This document shows, in pieces, positions 7,178 to 17,331 of a stretch of 64,000 nt of DNA. The notes below the pieces were generated by a model, which ran no database searches, had not been told where the DNA came from, and worked only from the letters and a program-made list of their open reading frames with translations. The stretch's first letter is position 1, and every line of letters starts with the position of its first letter. Source of the DNA: Chamaesiphon sp. (GTDB taxonomy: Bacteria; Cyanobacteriota; Cyanobacteriia; Cyanobacteriales; Chamaesiphonaceae); contig CBDFFH010000047.1 in assembly GCA_965246715.1 (NCBI GenBank), forward strand, positions 1 through 64,000, given 5' to 3'. A program made the position numbers and the translations under genes.

Positions 7178-9652
7178 CTACATCACACCCGATGACATGA
7201 CTGGCTGTAATCGAGCCAATCGCGTTAACTCTTGGCAAACAAAATCTGAAGATGGGCTGGGCAATTCGGTGAGGTAGCAATCGCTGAGGGCGCAGAGAAA
7301 ACCTTGAATCGGGGTGTGAATATTTGCAGCGGTTTTTAAAAACGAATGCCACTGAGATCCATCCGTACCGTAAAACTCTATCAGGTAAAGAGCTGCTAAA
7401 TACTCGGCGAGGGGGTCGAGACAAAAGCGGAATTGTTGCTGGGAGGTGCCGACGGGTTGAATTAGATAGAGGCGGTGTTCGAGGTAGTCTAGGGATGTTT
7501 CGGGTTCGGTGATGCCAGCATTAGCCAACTCGCGAACTAGATCTTCCCGCAGGACTAAATGGGGCTGATATGTCGGATGCAGACATTGCCATGCGACTAT
7601 TTTAGCTACTTGATGGACTACGCGATCGGGTAAGCGATCGATCGTGATATCGCGGTTGAGTTCGTTGAGATAACCCAGCATCAAACCTGGCACGGTAGCC
7701 GGAATATTGCCAGGTTGGGACATCATCTGTTCGGCATATAATTTTGCCAGGAGGACGGTAGTTTGTCCTTGTCCGACCATTTGCGAGAGTCGGGTACAAA
7801 TGTTAAAAAATTCGGGGTCGGTAAATTTATCGCGATAACCGCGTTGCATGAAATAAGCTTCCATAAAGGAGGATAGTTTGTTTTTTTCTAACCGCAGGGG
7901 TTTGACGATCGTTTTATTGACCCTACCTAATTTTTCCTCAATGCGGGAAGTGACGATCAGCGCATTGACGGCAAAGTCTGGCGATTCCGGTTGAATCGAA
8001 TCGCGGGTAGTAGGGTTGAGTTCGGAGAATCGATCGATGATGACTAAAATTCGCCGCTGGCGCAGCAGTTTATTCAATAATTCCAAACACAGCGGTTCCG
8101 GCTCGTCGATGAGTAACTGTAATTGACCGCTAATAGCTTCGATGAGCGGGGATTTGCCCTCAACGGTGCGAAAGTCTTCTTCTAATAAAACGGGTAACAT
8201 CACATGCTCGCACAGCCGCTCTGACTCAGCTTCAGCCATACCCCACTGCGCGATTTGACAGGCTAAACTAGTTTTGCCCGCCCCACCTTCACCCCAAATC
8301 AACAATCGATTACGCTGTTTGCTAAAGGTACTCCGGAGATTATCGGGCGTAAGTTGCGGTTGAGTATCGCCGTTGACGACTACAGGAATGGGCAGATGAC
8401 AACTGCGCTGAGCGACTGTCTCCCGTTGCACGAATTGTGCCCTCGCCGTTGGCAGATATTTGGCCACCCAGGCATCCAATACGCGCGGATGATAATGCCA
8501 CCAGCCGACGCATAAAACATATCTCAGCGGGACGTTAATGCCGATTAACGGGATCGAAAAGTCAGTATAGGGTTTGAGCGCATTATTGATTTTGAGGATC
8601 CATAATGGGGCTATTTGCAGGATTGAGAACGATAGCAATGGTACCACTGTAAGATAGGCCGCAATCCCCATGACGATCTTATGCTCTAGGAGCCAGGCGA
8701 TCGATTTATCCAACCACCGGGTTTCTTTTTCGGCCTGAAGTGCCGAGAGCGGACGGCGGATGCTGGCGATGCCCGATTCGGCGTAGAGATCGTGACGTTC
8801 TTCTAATAATTTTACTGCTGGTGTAAATGTCTCGATCGCGCTATCTAATTGCGCCCAGGAGAGTTTGCGTTCGCGATCCTGAAATCCCCCACCGATATTG
8901 CCTAATGCTCTAACTGCAGCAAATTCGACGTATTTCTCCGGCACGTTCAATAATTTAGTCAGTTCGGGTACCGCAACTTCTGCCAAGTTAATCAACTCAG
9001 GGATGGCAACTACCCCATCAATACCCATTGCCCCCAGCGCATTTGCGGCATTCGCTTGTACTTGTGGATCGATATCGCTCAAGGCTTTGACTAATGCAGG
9101 TATGGTAACTTTTACATCTACCCCAATTTGCCGCAATGCATACGAAGCATAGATCCGCACATACGAACTGCGGTCTTGCAGCGATCGAATCAAATCTGGT
9201 TCCGCCGCTCTGGCACCAACGCCGATATTCCCCAATGCCAACGTCGCATACAAGCGCACCTGCTCGTCCGGATCGTGCAAGGCATTAATTAAAGCGGGTA
9301 CGGCAGCTCCAGCTTCTACACCCAACTCGCTTAAGACCGCAGTTACATTCAACCGCAGGATCTGGTTATCGTTCTGGATGGCGGTAATCAAGGCAGGGAT
9401 AGCCGGAGCACCAATTTTGACCAAACTATCGATCGCGGCACGTTGAAGCCGGACGCTCCGATTGCTGAGCAATTCGACGAGCGGTGCTACTTGTCGATCG
9501 ATCTCGGTGCCCGATCCTGTTGTCTGCGCCCAACTCGGCGGTATCCACAGCAGGAGACAGATCCAGTACATGAGGAAAATGCGAACGCCACAATGCCAAA
9601 TGCGGCAGCCGCTCGAACCGCGAGTTGTCAAGTTGGGGCAAAACCAGGGCAC
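7178..9652 (-). CDS. HEAT-repeat / transmembrane / NACHT-like P-loop NTPase
   Basis: Hydrophobic leader ending PSWA-Q; PBS-lyase-type HEAT repeats (AVPALINAL.D...VR..A..ALG); TM stretch; Walker A GEGGAGKTS; Walker B VIIDRFSE. Start is uncertain. Confidence 0.85.
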   Translation of the reverse strand: MPWFCPNLTTRGSSGCRIWHCGVRIFLMYWICLLLWIPPSWAQTTGSGTEIDRQVAPLVELLSNRSVRLQRAAIDSLVKIGAPAIPALITAIQNDNQILRLNVTAVLSELGVEAGAAVPALINALHDPDEQVRLYATLALGNIGVGARAAEPDLIRSLQDRSSYVRIYASYALRQIGVDVKVTIPALVKALSDIDPQVQANAANALGAMGIDGVVAIPELINLAEVAVPELTKLLNVPEKYVEFAAVRALGNIGGGFQDRERKLSWAQLDSAIETFTPAVKLLEERHDLYAESGIASIRRPLSALQAEKETRWLDKSIAWLLEHKIVMGIAAYLTVVPLLSFSILQIAPLWILKINNALKPYTDFSIPLIGINVPLRYVLCVGWWHYHPRVLDAWVAKYLPTARAQFVQRETVAQRSCHLPIPVVVNGDTQPQLTPDNLRSTFSKQRNRLLIWGEGGAGKTSLACQIAQWGMAEAESERLCEHVMLPVLLEEDFRTVEGKSPLIEAISGQLQLLIDEPEPLCLELLNKLLRQRRILVIIDRFSELNPTTRDSIQPESPDFAVNALIVTSRIEEKLGRVNKTIVKPLRLEKNKLSSFMEAYFMQRGYRDKFTDPEFFNICTRLSQMVGQGQTTVLLAKLYAEQMMSQPGNIPATVPGLMLGYLNELNRDITIDRLPDRVVHQVAKIVAWQCLHPTYQPHLVLREDLVRELANAGITEPETSLDYLEHRLYLIQPVGTSQQQFRFCLDPLAEYLAALYLIEFYGTDGSQWHSFLKTAANIHTPIQGFLCALSDCYLTELPSPSSDFVCQELTRLARLQPVMSSGVM

Positions 9653-9738
9653 GGCAAATTATCGGTAGTGATTGGGTTCATTTTAGCAAACTGGGAATTA
9701 GCACATTCGATCGACGAGATTTGCTACTGTCAATTCTA

Positions 9739-10170
9739 CTAATTAGATACACTCTGTCCAGATCGATCGATTGCATTTTGTAAAAACCTCGTCCATTCAG
9801 CAGCCAACGGTACTTCTGTAAACGGAATATCGATCTCCTCACCATCTTGCAGTTGAAATTGCAGATTAATTTTTTTACCTTTATTGGGTAATTTATCTAA
9901 ATCTACTGGCAAATTATCTACCACCAATCGGATCGCATCTACTCGATCGAGACTAAAAGTTTGCAGATCTTTAGGTTCGGCTTTTGTCGGCTTACCCCAA
10001 CTAATCTCGCGATCTTTCATCCCCATCACCGCATAGATATCATATTTAGCTCGATCGAATCCCACCGCCCAACGTTGATAAGCTTCGAGTTTATGATATT
10101 CGTCATAACCCGCCTTTGCCAGCCAGATAAACATTCCCAACAAAGGGAGCCACATTAAACTACGTTCCAT
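9739..10170 (-). CDS. Conserved cyanobacterial hypothetical protein with N-terminal TM
   Basis: MERSLMWLPLL...AKYDIYAV...IPFTEVPLA pattern. Confidence 0.8.
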   Translation of the reverse strand: MERSLMWLPLLGMFIWLAKAGYDEYHKLEAYQRWAVGFDRAKYDIYAVMGMKDREISWGKPTKAEPKDLQTFSLDRVDAIRLVVDNLPVDLDKLPNKGKKINLQFQLQDGEEIDIPFTEVPLAAEWTRFLQNAIDRSGQSVSN

Positions 10171-10199
10171 ATATTTGTGATTAGTTATTTGTTGTAATT

Positions 10200-10229
10200 C
10201 CCCTCCCAGGAGGGGTGCCCGATAGGGCA
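10200..10229. repeat. REP-like double hairpin
   Basis: CCCCTCC-CA-GGAGGGG followed by TGCCC-GATA-GGGCA, just downstream of yebC. Confidence 0.55.
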
Positions 10230-10250
10230 GGGTGGGTTCCGGGGTTCCCC

Positions 10251-11003
10251 CTACTCACACAGCTCATCCGCTAGCTCGAAATTCGCCGTCACCGCCTGAA
10301 CGTCATCCAAAGCTTCAAGCACCTCTACCAGCTTAAGCAATTGCTTCCCCTGCTCCGCATCCGTCACCACCACCATCGTTTGAGGAATCCATCGCGATTC
10401 GGCATCGCTAACAGTAAACCCCTGAGTAGTCAATGCTGTACTCAAATGTTCGAGATTAGCTACTTCAGTAAATACTTCCGCACCAGGATTTTCCACATCG
10501 TCTAGCAACTCATAAACATCCGCACCCCCAGCTAAAGCCGCTTCCAAGAGTGTATCCTCATCGACTTCACCCTCGATCGAACAAACCCCCTTGAGGTCGA
10601 ACATCCACCCCACACAGCCCATTTCCCCCAGATTACCACCGCGTTTGGTAAATGCCGATCGTAGATCTGCCGCCGTGCGGTTGCGATTGTCTGTCAGCGC
10701 CTCGACGATAATTGCTACTCCTCCAGCACCATAACCTTCATAGCGGATTTCTTCCAGCTCGGCATTATTGTCTGATTTTCCCGCACCCTTTGCGATCGCC
10801 CGATCGATGTTATCGTTGGGAATACCTGCGGCTTTGGCTTTATCGATCGCTGTTCGCAGCTGGAAATTACCATCGGGATCGGGGATACCATTGCGGGTGG
10901 CGACGATAATTGCCCGCGATAATTGGGTAAATGTTTTCCCGCGTACCGCATCGACTCGCGCTTTTTGTCGCTTAATAGTTGCCCATTTACTATGACCTGC
11001 CAT
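10251..11003 (-). CDS. yebC: YebC/PmpR family protein
   Basis: MAGHSKWATIK; YEGYGAGGVA; TDNRNRT. Confidence 0.97.
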   Translation of the reverse strand: MAGHSKWATIKRQKARVDAVRGKTFTQLSRAIIVATRNGIPDPDGNFQLRTAIDKAKAAGIPNDNIDRAIAKGAGKSDNNAELEEIRYEGYGAGGVAIIVEALTDNRNRTAADLRSAFTKRGGNLGEMGCVGWMFDLKGVCSIEGEVDEDTLLEAALAGGADVYELLDDVENPGAEVFTEVANLEHLSTALTTQGFTVSDAESRWIPQTMVVVTDAEQGKQLLKLVEVLEALDDVQAVTANFELADELCE

Positions 11004-12293
11004 ATCGATCGATTTGCTTCTAAAATTGGAATCTGGATTGCTCTAATTTTACTCGTAATCTTGGTGGGATGTACGCCAGTCCAGCGAGATACGACGGGGG
11101 TGACCCATCTGACACTATGGCAGGGCATCAATCCACCCCCAAATCGGGATGTATTTCAGAAATTAGTAACTAAATTTAATCAACAACATCCAGACATTCA
11201 AGTCGAGTCTTTGTATGTCGGACAAGCAGATCAACAATTACCTAAAATCCTGGCAGCAGTAGTCGGTGATGCTGCCCCAGATTTATTATGGTTTGGATCG
11301 ATGTTAACCGGACAATTGGTCGAACTAGATGCGATCGAGCCTTTAGATAAATTCTGGAATGGTTCGCCAGTAAGTAAGCAAATCGATCCGGCTTTACGCG
11401 AATCGATGGAGTACGAGCGACAGCTGTGGTCGGTACCTTTTGGCACAAATAATGTCGGAATCTTTTATCGTCCGAGCTTATTCAAAGCTGCTGGAATTCA
11501 ACATGTCCCAACTAATTGGACAGAATTGCGAGCGACTGCCAAACAGCTTACACGCGATACCAATGGTGATGGTAAAGTCGATAAATATGGGATGTTACTC
11601 CCATTAGGTAAAGGCGAATGGACGGTATTTACCTGGTTGCCATTTATGTGGAGCGCTGGCGGCGAGATTCAAGTTAGTAATGCAAATTCGACTACCAAAA
11701 TCGATAATCCTGGCTCGATCGCGGCTTTAGATTTATGGCATAATCTCATCCAAGATGGCAGTGCGATTTTATCCTCACCCGAACGCGGTTACGAACTCGA
11801 TAATTTCATGGCTGGTAAAGTAGCGATGCAATTAACTGGCCCCTGGACATTGGGACAATTGGCAGGTTGCAAAGATGTTGACTATGGAGTAATGCCGATT
11901 CCTGTTCGCGATCTCGCGGCAACTAGTGTCGGTGGAGAAAATTTATTTATGATGAAAGGTCATCCCAAACATCAGCAGGCTGCTTGGCAGTTTATGGAAT
12001 ATGTATTAAGTCAAGAGTTTCAAACTGAATGGGCATTAGGCACTGGATATTTACCTGTAAACCTTAAATCTCGTCAGCAGTCTATTTACCAGGAATATAT
12101 TAACAAAACACCTGCAACTCAAGTGTTTTTAGACCAAGCTAAATATGGTAGACCCCGTCCGATCGCTCCTGGTTACAGTCAGATATCAGAAAATTTAGGC
12201 CGCGCGATCGAGTCTGTATTACTGAATAAAAAATCTCCACAAGAAGCCCTGAAAAACGCACAAGCAAGACTAGATTTAAGTCTCGGCCTTTAG
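10992..12293 (+). CDS. Sugar ABC transporter substrate-binding lipoprotein (family 1)
   Basis: Lipobox LVGC; PTNWTEL; GKVAMQLTGPW. ATG 10992 is the likeliest start. Confidence 0.9.
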   Translation: MTCHIDRFASKIGIWIALILLVILVGCTPVQRDTTGVTHLTLWQGINPPPNRDVFQKLVTKFNQQHPDIQVESLYVGQADQQLPKILAAVVGDAAPDLLWFGSMLTGQLVELDAIEPLDKFWNGSPVSKQIDPALRESMEYERQLWSVPFGTNNVGIFYRPSLFKAAGIQHVPTNWTELRATAKQLTRDTNGDGKVDKYGMLLPLGKGEWTVFTWLPFMWSAGGEIQVSNANSTTKIDNPGSIAALDLWHNLIQDGSAILSSPERGYELDNFMAGKVAMQLTGPWTLGQLAGCKDVDYGVMPIPVRDLAATSVGGENLFMMKGHPKHQQAAWQFMEYVLSQEFQTEWALGTGYLPVNLKSRQQSIYQEYINKTPATQVFLDQAKYGRPRPIAPGYSQISENLGRAIESVLLNKKSPQEALKNAQARLDLSLGL

Positions 12294-12318
12294 TTTTAAA
12301 TTAACTGTTGGTTAGGAC

Positions 12319-12352
12319 ATATCCCCGACTTCTCTGAAGAAGTCGGGGATAT
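12319..12352. terminator. Perfect 15-bp inverted repeat between convergent genes (bidirectional terminator / dispersed palindromic repeat)
   Basis: ATATCCCCGACTTCT-CTGA-AGAAGTCGGGGATAT. Confidence 0.7.
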
Positions 12353-12382
12353 CGTAGCACTAGGGTATTTCCGACCGTTTGT

Positions 12383-12775
12383 TTAGGTTTCCACAGCCTG
12401 AGTTTTCAATCCTACCAAATCGCCAGCGGCAGTTTTACCGACGATATACACCTCGATCTCGACTTCTCCGACGCGAAAAACTTGAACTTCTGATAAATTA
12501 GCTTCGATCGTGCTAACTAATTTTTGATAGCGATCGACACTTGCCAATTCTTCTGCACCATACCAGTTTTCAGTTTCCAGTGCTGGGGCAAAAAAATCTT
12601 TGAGTGCGATCGTTTCGATCGACTTATCTGTGGTCAAATCTTTAAACAAAGCTGATGGTGTTAGTTCGGTGCCTTTACTCCAGGTAATAACTTCAAATGG
12701 ATAATCCGACTCACTCGTCCACACTAAATCTGCAGTAGCTTGTTTCAATCGATCGATAATTTCTGCTGTCATCAT
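12383..12775 (-). CDS. nuiA: Nuclease A inhibitor family protein
   Basis: SESDYPFEV; QVFRVGEVEI.VYIVG; C-terminal GLKTQAVET. Confidence 0.9.
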   Translation of the reverse strand: MMTAEIIDRLKQATADLVWTSESDYPFEVITWSKGTELTPSALFKDLTTDKSIETIALKDFFAPALETENWYGAEELASVDRYQKLVSTIEANLSEVQVFRVGEVEIEVYIVGKTAAGDLVGLKTQAVET

Positions 12776-12826
12776 CCGATTTTAACTGATAGATTGTTCG
12801 CGAGCTATTGAGGTGCTAACTAAAGA

Positions 12827-13558
12827 TTATTTTTTGGGATTCGGCGCTGATGTTTCGGGGAAATAAATACTCAGCGCCGAAACGTGCATCTTGAGAGGTT
12901 TCCAGTGAGGATTGCTCGCAGGTAATGCCACCCGATCTCCAGTAACAGCTTTTAAGTCTGCCGGAAAGCTTCTACCTGCGGTGTAATCGGCATCGACACT
13001 AATACTCAGTCCAGTATAACGAGCTTGTATTTTAGGGGGAAGATCGATGACTTGATTGCCATAATCCCAATACAAACCCGTAATTTTAAACTCACCTAAC
13101 ACCTGACGCAGTGTTGCCAAACTCGTCCCGATGCCGATGCCCTCGACGGTTTTCCAAGTGGGATCGTTAATAATTACTTGGAAGGGGCGGAGTTTTTTGG
13201 CATTTCGCCATGCTACTGTAATAGATCGATTTTTCCCCAAAGAGATCGCCGTACCGGGAAATTCAACTTGTCCTTCGGCACCATAAACTTTTTTGGCAGT
13301 CAACCGCTGTTTGCCGAAGAGTTTCACCAACTCAGCATATGTCGTATCTTGTGTAATTGGGCCGACTCGTTTGCCAGGAACGATTGTGGTATCGAGTGGG
13401 GAGATTTTTGGTGCGGTAGCGGCTGGAGGTGGCAATGCTACTTTAGTCGGTGTATTCGCCCCTGCGAGATCGGTTACAAGCCAACTTAAACATAGGCTTA
13501 CAGCAACGATCGAAATTTGCCGGAGCTGACGGAATGAATCTAACTGGATGCAATTCAT
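12827..13558 (-). CDS. Hypothetical exported protein
   Basis: Signal-like segment; IVPGKRVGPI; WKTVEGIGIGTSL; GLYWDYG. ATG 13558 chosen. Confidence 0.7.
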   Translation of the reverse strand: MNCIQLDSFRQLRQISIVAVSLCLSWLVTDLAGANTPTKVALPPPAATAPKISPLDTTIVPGKRVGPITQDTTYAELVKLFGKQRLTAKKVYGAEGQVEFPGTAISLGKNRSITVAWRNAKKLRPFQVIINDPTWKTVEGIGIGTSLATLRQVLGEFKITGLYWDYGNQVIDLPPKIQARYTGLSISVDADYTAGRSFPADLKAVTGDRVALPASNPHWKPLKMHVSALSIYFPETSAPNPKK

Positions 13559-13722
13559 ACACTCTTTATCATGCGGTTGAGCTAAATCTAGAATGTCGGC
13601 TGGCACTATCTGGGCGATCTGGGGGAATAATAGATAGAGTGAGAGTGTCGATCGCGTAGCGACGGCACCAACCATCTTTTTATAGCTTACAACTACTGCT
13701 AGCTCTCTACCTACATTGGAAT

Positions 13723-13935
13723 ATGCCTGAACTCGATGTCAACTTACCCAGCACTCGACAAACCCAAGGCTTGATCAAGGACAAAATTGGTGTAGAAATT
13801 AAGTTGATCACTAATGATGTCTTCAGCGGCAAAATTGTTTGGCAAGATTCTGATTATTTCTTCTTCGCCGATGCTAACGACCAAAAAATCTTAATTTCTC
13901 GTCATGCGGTCGCTTATATCAAGCCGATGGGCTGA
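13723..13935 (+). CDS. hfq: Cyanobacterial Hfq (Sm-like)
   Basis: LPSTRQTQ..I; GKIVWQD; AVAYIKP. Confidence 0.9.
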   Translation: MPELDVNLPSTRQTQGLIKDKIGVEIKLITNDVFSGKIVWQDSDYFFFADANDQKILISRHAVAYIKPMG

Positions 13936-13991
13936 TTTTGGCGAGCTGCTATCTCAATTACTTCAGCAGACGAGACACTTAATCCGGAAAT

Positions 13992-16061
13992 TTATTCAGA
14001 TCGATCGCTGATTACTTGCTTGATGGGCTGAAGGAGCGGCACTTGGAGGATCGGAATCTCGATTTCGCCTTTGGCGATGCGATCGAATGCGGTTTGTTCT
14101 TCACTCGAGCCGATTACCAAGCAGCTATCACCGATCTGAAAAGTCGTACCACCATTGGGATAATTGATTTGCCTACCATCCTCCCGTTGAATGGCCACAA
14201 TTGTAGCTCCTGTGAGCGGACGCACGCTCGCACTGGCGATCGAATTACCGATCAGCGGCGAAGTCAGGGAGAGTCGATACCAGCGGCGATTCATTCCCAA
14301 TGTCGCAGCCTGGATACTTCTAGACATTTCTCCTGGGGTAATTTCTGGGCGTAATTCTAGATAGTGAGAATTGCGAATTGTTTTAAATTGTCGCTCGATT
14401 TGGGTTGCAGACAATCCGACTTTTACCAATAGGTGAGAGGCCATCTCCAAGCTAGCTTCAAATTCTGGTTGCACGACTTCGCGACTACCTAGTTGATAGA
14501 GTAATTCGATATCTTTATACCGATCTGCCCGCACGACGATATCTAGATCGGGAGAAATTTCGAGTGCGTGTTTGAGACACATCCGCGTACTCATCGCATC
14601 GGGTAGGGCAATCGCCATCGCTTGCGCGCGATCGATTCCGGCTTTGGTCAGTACGGGAATACTTACGGCATTCCCATAGACATAGGGAATTCCGGCATCC
14701 CGCAATTTTTGAATCGCGGCTTCTGACTCTTCGATCACGACGACAGGGATATTCTGCTCGGCAAGTAATGTCACCAGACTTTGCCCCATCCGCCCATAAC
14801 CGCAAATGACGATCGGATGTTCGTTTGCCGTATTTTCCGACACTTCTTGGGGCTGCTCGGTGGGTTTGAACCACCGATCGAGGACAGGGACGGTTTCGAT
14901 CCAGTTAAATAGACTGGGAATCAATCTGAGGATAAATGGTGTTACTACCAACGTCACCGCAGTAGTCCCCAATAGCAACAGATATACCCGTTGCGAGACC
15001 AGTCCCAAGCTGCGCCCTTCACTCGCCAGTACAAACGAAAATTCACCGATTTGGGCTAAACCCAATCCAGCAATCAGCGCAGTTTTGAGTGAATAGCCGA
15101 AGAGTTTGACTAACGGTGTGATAATCAGAAATTTACCGACAAACACGATCGAGACTAAGCCCAAAATCAAGTCGAGATTATTCCACAAAAACAGCGGATC
15201 GATCAGCATGCCGATCGCCGCAAAAAATAACGCCGCAAAGACATCTCGAATCGGTTCTACGTAAGCTAAAGTCTGGTCGGCATACTCCACCTCAGAAATC
15301 ATCAATCCCGCGACGAATGCGCCCATTTCGATCGATAGACCTAAATGTTCGGTGACCAGTGCGATTCCCAAGCATAGCGTCACCGTTCCTAATAAAAATA
15401 ATTCCCGGCTCTCGGTACTCGCCAACAACCGCAATAAGCGGGGTACCACCCAAATCCCGATAATTACCGAGGCAGCGGCAAACAAACCAATTTTAATCGC
15501 TGCTTGAGTGACCGCCGCTCCAATCTCTGCTGGCGGTCGATCTAATGCGGGTAACACGGCCAGCATAAATCCCAATGCCAAATCCTGTACCACCAAAATC
15601 CCTAGCATCACTTGTCCGTGAACCGTCCCGGTCTCATTTGACTCCATCAATGACTTCAACACTACTGCTGTTGAAGATAGCGACAAGATCGCCCCTAAAA
15701 ATACACCTTGTTGCGGTGTCGTGACCCAGCCGACGCTGACAGAGATGAACGCAGTCACGACAATGGTGATGAGGATCTGCAATCCACCACCACCCAAACT
15801 GATTTTCTGAACTTTTTTGAGTTCGGAAAATGAGAACTCCACACCCAAAGCAAATAGCAAAAAAGCCGCCCCGAACTGAGCGAGAGTCTCTACCTGGACT
15901 AATTCTTTAATCAAACCCAGTCCGGTCGGCCCGACGATCGCCCCACCCACGATATAACCTAGTAAGGCAGGTTGTCCGGCAAGTCCAGCAATGATGCCGC
16001 CAGCCGCAGCTGCGGCCAAGACGGAAACTAGATCGACGATGAGGCGAAAATCTTCTAACAC
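13992..16061 (-). CDS. CPA2-family cation:proton antiporter with TrkA-N and TrkA-C domains
   Basis: LSLSSTAVV; LAQIGEFSFVL; ICGYGRMG; C-terminal RCK-C. GTG start. Confidence 0.92.
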   Translation of the reverse strand: MLEDFRLIVDLVSVLAAAAAGGIIAGLAGQPALLGYIVGGAIVGPTGLGLIKELVQVETLAQFGAAFLLFALGVEFSFSELKKVQKISLGGGGLQILITIVVTAFISVSVGWVTTPQQGVFLGAILSLSSTAVVLKSLMESNETGTVHGQVMLGILVVQDLALGFMLAVLPALDRPPAEIGAAVTQAAIKIGLFAAASVIIGIWVVPRLLRLLASTESRELFLLGTVTLCLGIALVTEHLGLSIEMGAFVAGLMISEVEYADQTLAYVEPIRDVFAALFFAAIGMLIDPLFLWNNLDLILGLVSIVFVGKFLIITPLVKLFGYSLKTALIAGLGLAQIGEFSFVLASEGRSLGLVSQRVYLLLLGTTAVTLVVTPFILRLIPSLFNWIETVPVLDRWFKPTEQPQEVSENTANEHPIVICGYGRMGQSLVTLLAEQNIPVVVIEESEAAIQKLRDAGIPYVYGNAVSIPVLTKAGIDRAQAMAIALPDAMSTRMCLKHALEISPDLDIVVRADRYKDIELLYQLGSREVVQPEFEASLEMASHLLVKVGLSATQIERQFKTIRNSHYLELRPEITPGEMSRSIQAATLGMNRRWYRLSLTSPLIGNSIASASVRPLTGATIVAIQREDGRQINYPNGGTTFQIGDSCLVIGSSEEQTAFDRIAKGEIEIPILQVPLLQPIKQVISDRSE

Positions 16062-16244
16062 TAAATTTTATTATTATGAGAAAATTTTTAACTTAGCTTC
16101 ATGTAAGTTAACTTCTAGGATACCGAGTTTTGTGGGTGCTGTGGGAACAGGGAGTGGATGACTTACTACTTGGTAATCAAGTACGCTAGTCGAGTCTGTT
16201 GTTACAGTCGCTCTCCTAACGATTCACCTATATTTTTAATTCTT

Positions 16245-17219
16245 ATGTTAGCGCCGATCGAATCACAGTCCCTAGAACAGTTTCCCACACATCACTATTT
16301 ATTCTCATCCTCTAAATGGCGGTATGCATTACTTGGTGCGATCGTGTTTGCGCTCGTGTTGTGGTCGGCCCTCGAGCTACCAGGATTGGCACTCGGAGCT
16401 AAGTTTGCCCCAGAGAGTCCCCGCTTGGGCGAAACGATCGTCATTAATATTTCCGCAGATCCGAGTAAGTCGCCACCACCGACAGCCAAGCCAGGTGCGC
16501 CATCGAGTAAGCCAGCAACACCCGTTGTCAAGGTTGGCAACAAAACTTATCCAGCATTTCCCCAGGGAGTCGATCGATTTAGGGCGATGATTCCGACTAC
16601 CCCATTAGAGAAACCTGGCACTCGCACCGTCACAGTTACCGATAGTGTTGGTACCACAACACTCAAAATTCCGGTCACCGATCGAAAATTTCCGATCCAA
16701 CGGATTAATTTATCGCCAGGAAAATCTGGCTTAGAAGCTACCGAAAAAGAACTCAAGCAAGTGTCCGCATTTAAAGCCACTGTTAGTCCCGAGAAACTTT
16801 GGAGTGGCCAATTCATCGCGCCAAATCAAGGTAAGACTAGCTCTCCGTATGGAGTCAAACGTTATTACAACGGGGTATTTGCTAACGACTATTACCATCG
16901 CGGGTTAGATTATGCTGGCGGGTACGGTTCGGCGGTAGTTGCCCCCGCTGGCGGCAAGATCGCATTAGTAGGTTATGAGAAAGATGGCTTCCGCGTGCAT
17001 GGTAATGTCGTCGGCGTGGATCACGGCCAAGGAGTGGTGAGTATTTTCATGCATATGAGCAAAATTACCGTCACAGAAGGCGATGCTGTCAATCCTGGCG
17101 ACCAAATCGGTGCGATCGGTAGTACTGGCTCCTCGACTGGGCCACACTTACATTGGGGTCTCTATGTCAATAGTGTTTCTGTCGATCCCGTGCAGTGGCG
17201 GTCGAGTGCGATCGATTAG
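16245..17219 (+). CDS. M23 family metallopeptidase
   Basis: HRGLD and GSTGSSTGPHLH motifs; N-terminal TM. Confidence 0.92.
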   Translation: MLAPIESQSLEQFPTHHYLFSSSKWRYALLGAIVFALVLWSALELPGLALGAKFAPESPRLGETIVINISADPSKSPPPTAKPGAPSSKPATPVVKVGNKTYPAFPQGVDRFRAMIPTTPLEKPGTRTVTVTDSVGTTTLKIPVTDRKFPIQRINLSPGKSGLEATEKELKQVSAFKATVSPEKLWSGQFIAPNQGKTSSPYGVKRYYNGVFANDYYHRGLDYAGGYGSAVVAPAGGKIALVGYEKDGFRVHGNVVGVDHGQGVVSIFMHMSKITVTEGDAVNPGDQIGAIGSTGSSTGPHLHWGLYVNSVSVDPVQWRSSAID

Positions 17220-17331
17220 GCGATAGTGGAGAGTGTTTATCTCGTTCGTGCTGCGGGCATAATATATTCAACTGGTAACTCAACCTCAGTTAGCACTCGA
17301 ACTTACCAGATTATTCTTAAACTGTTTCCGA

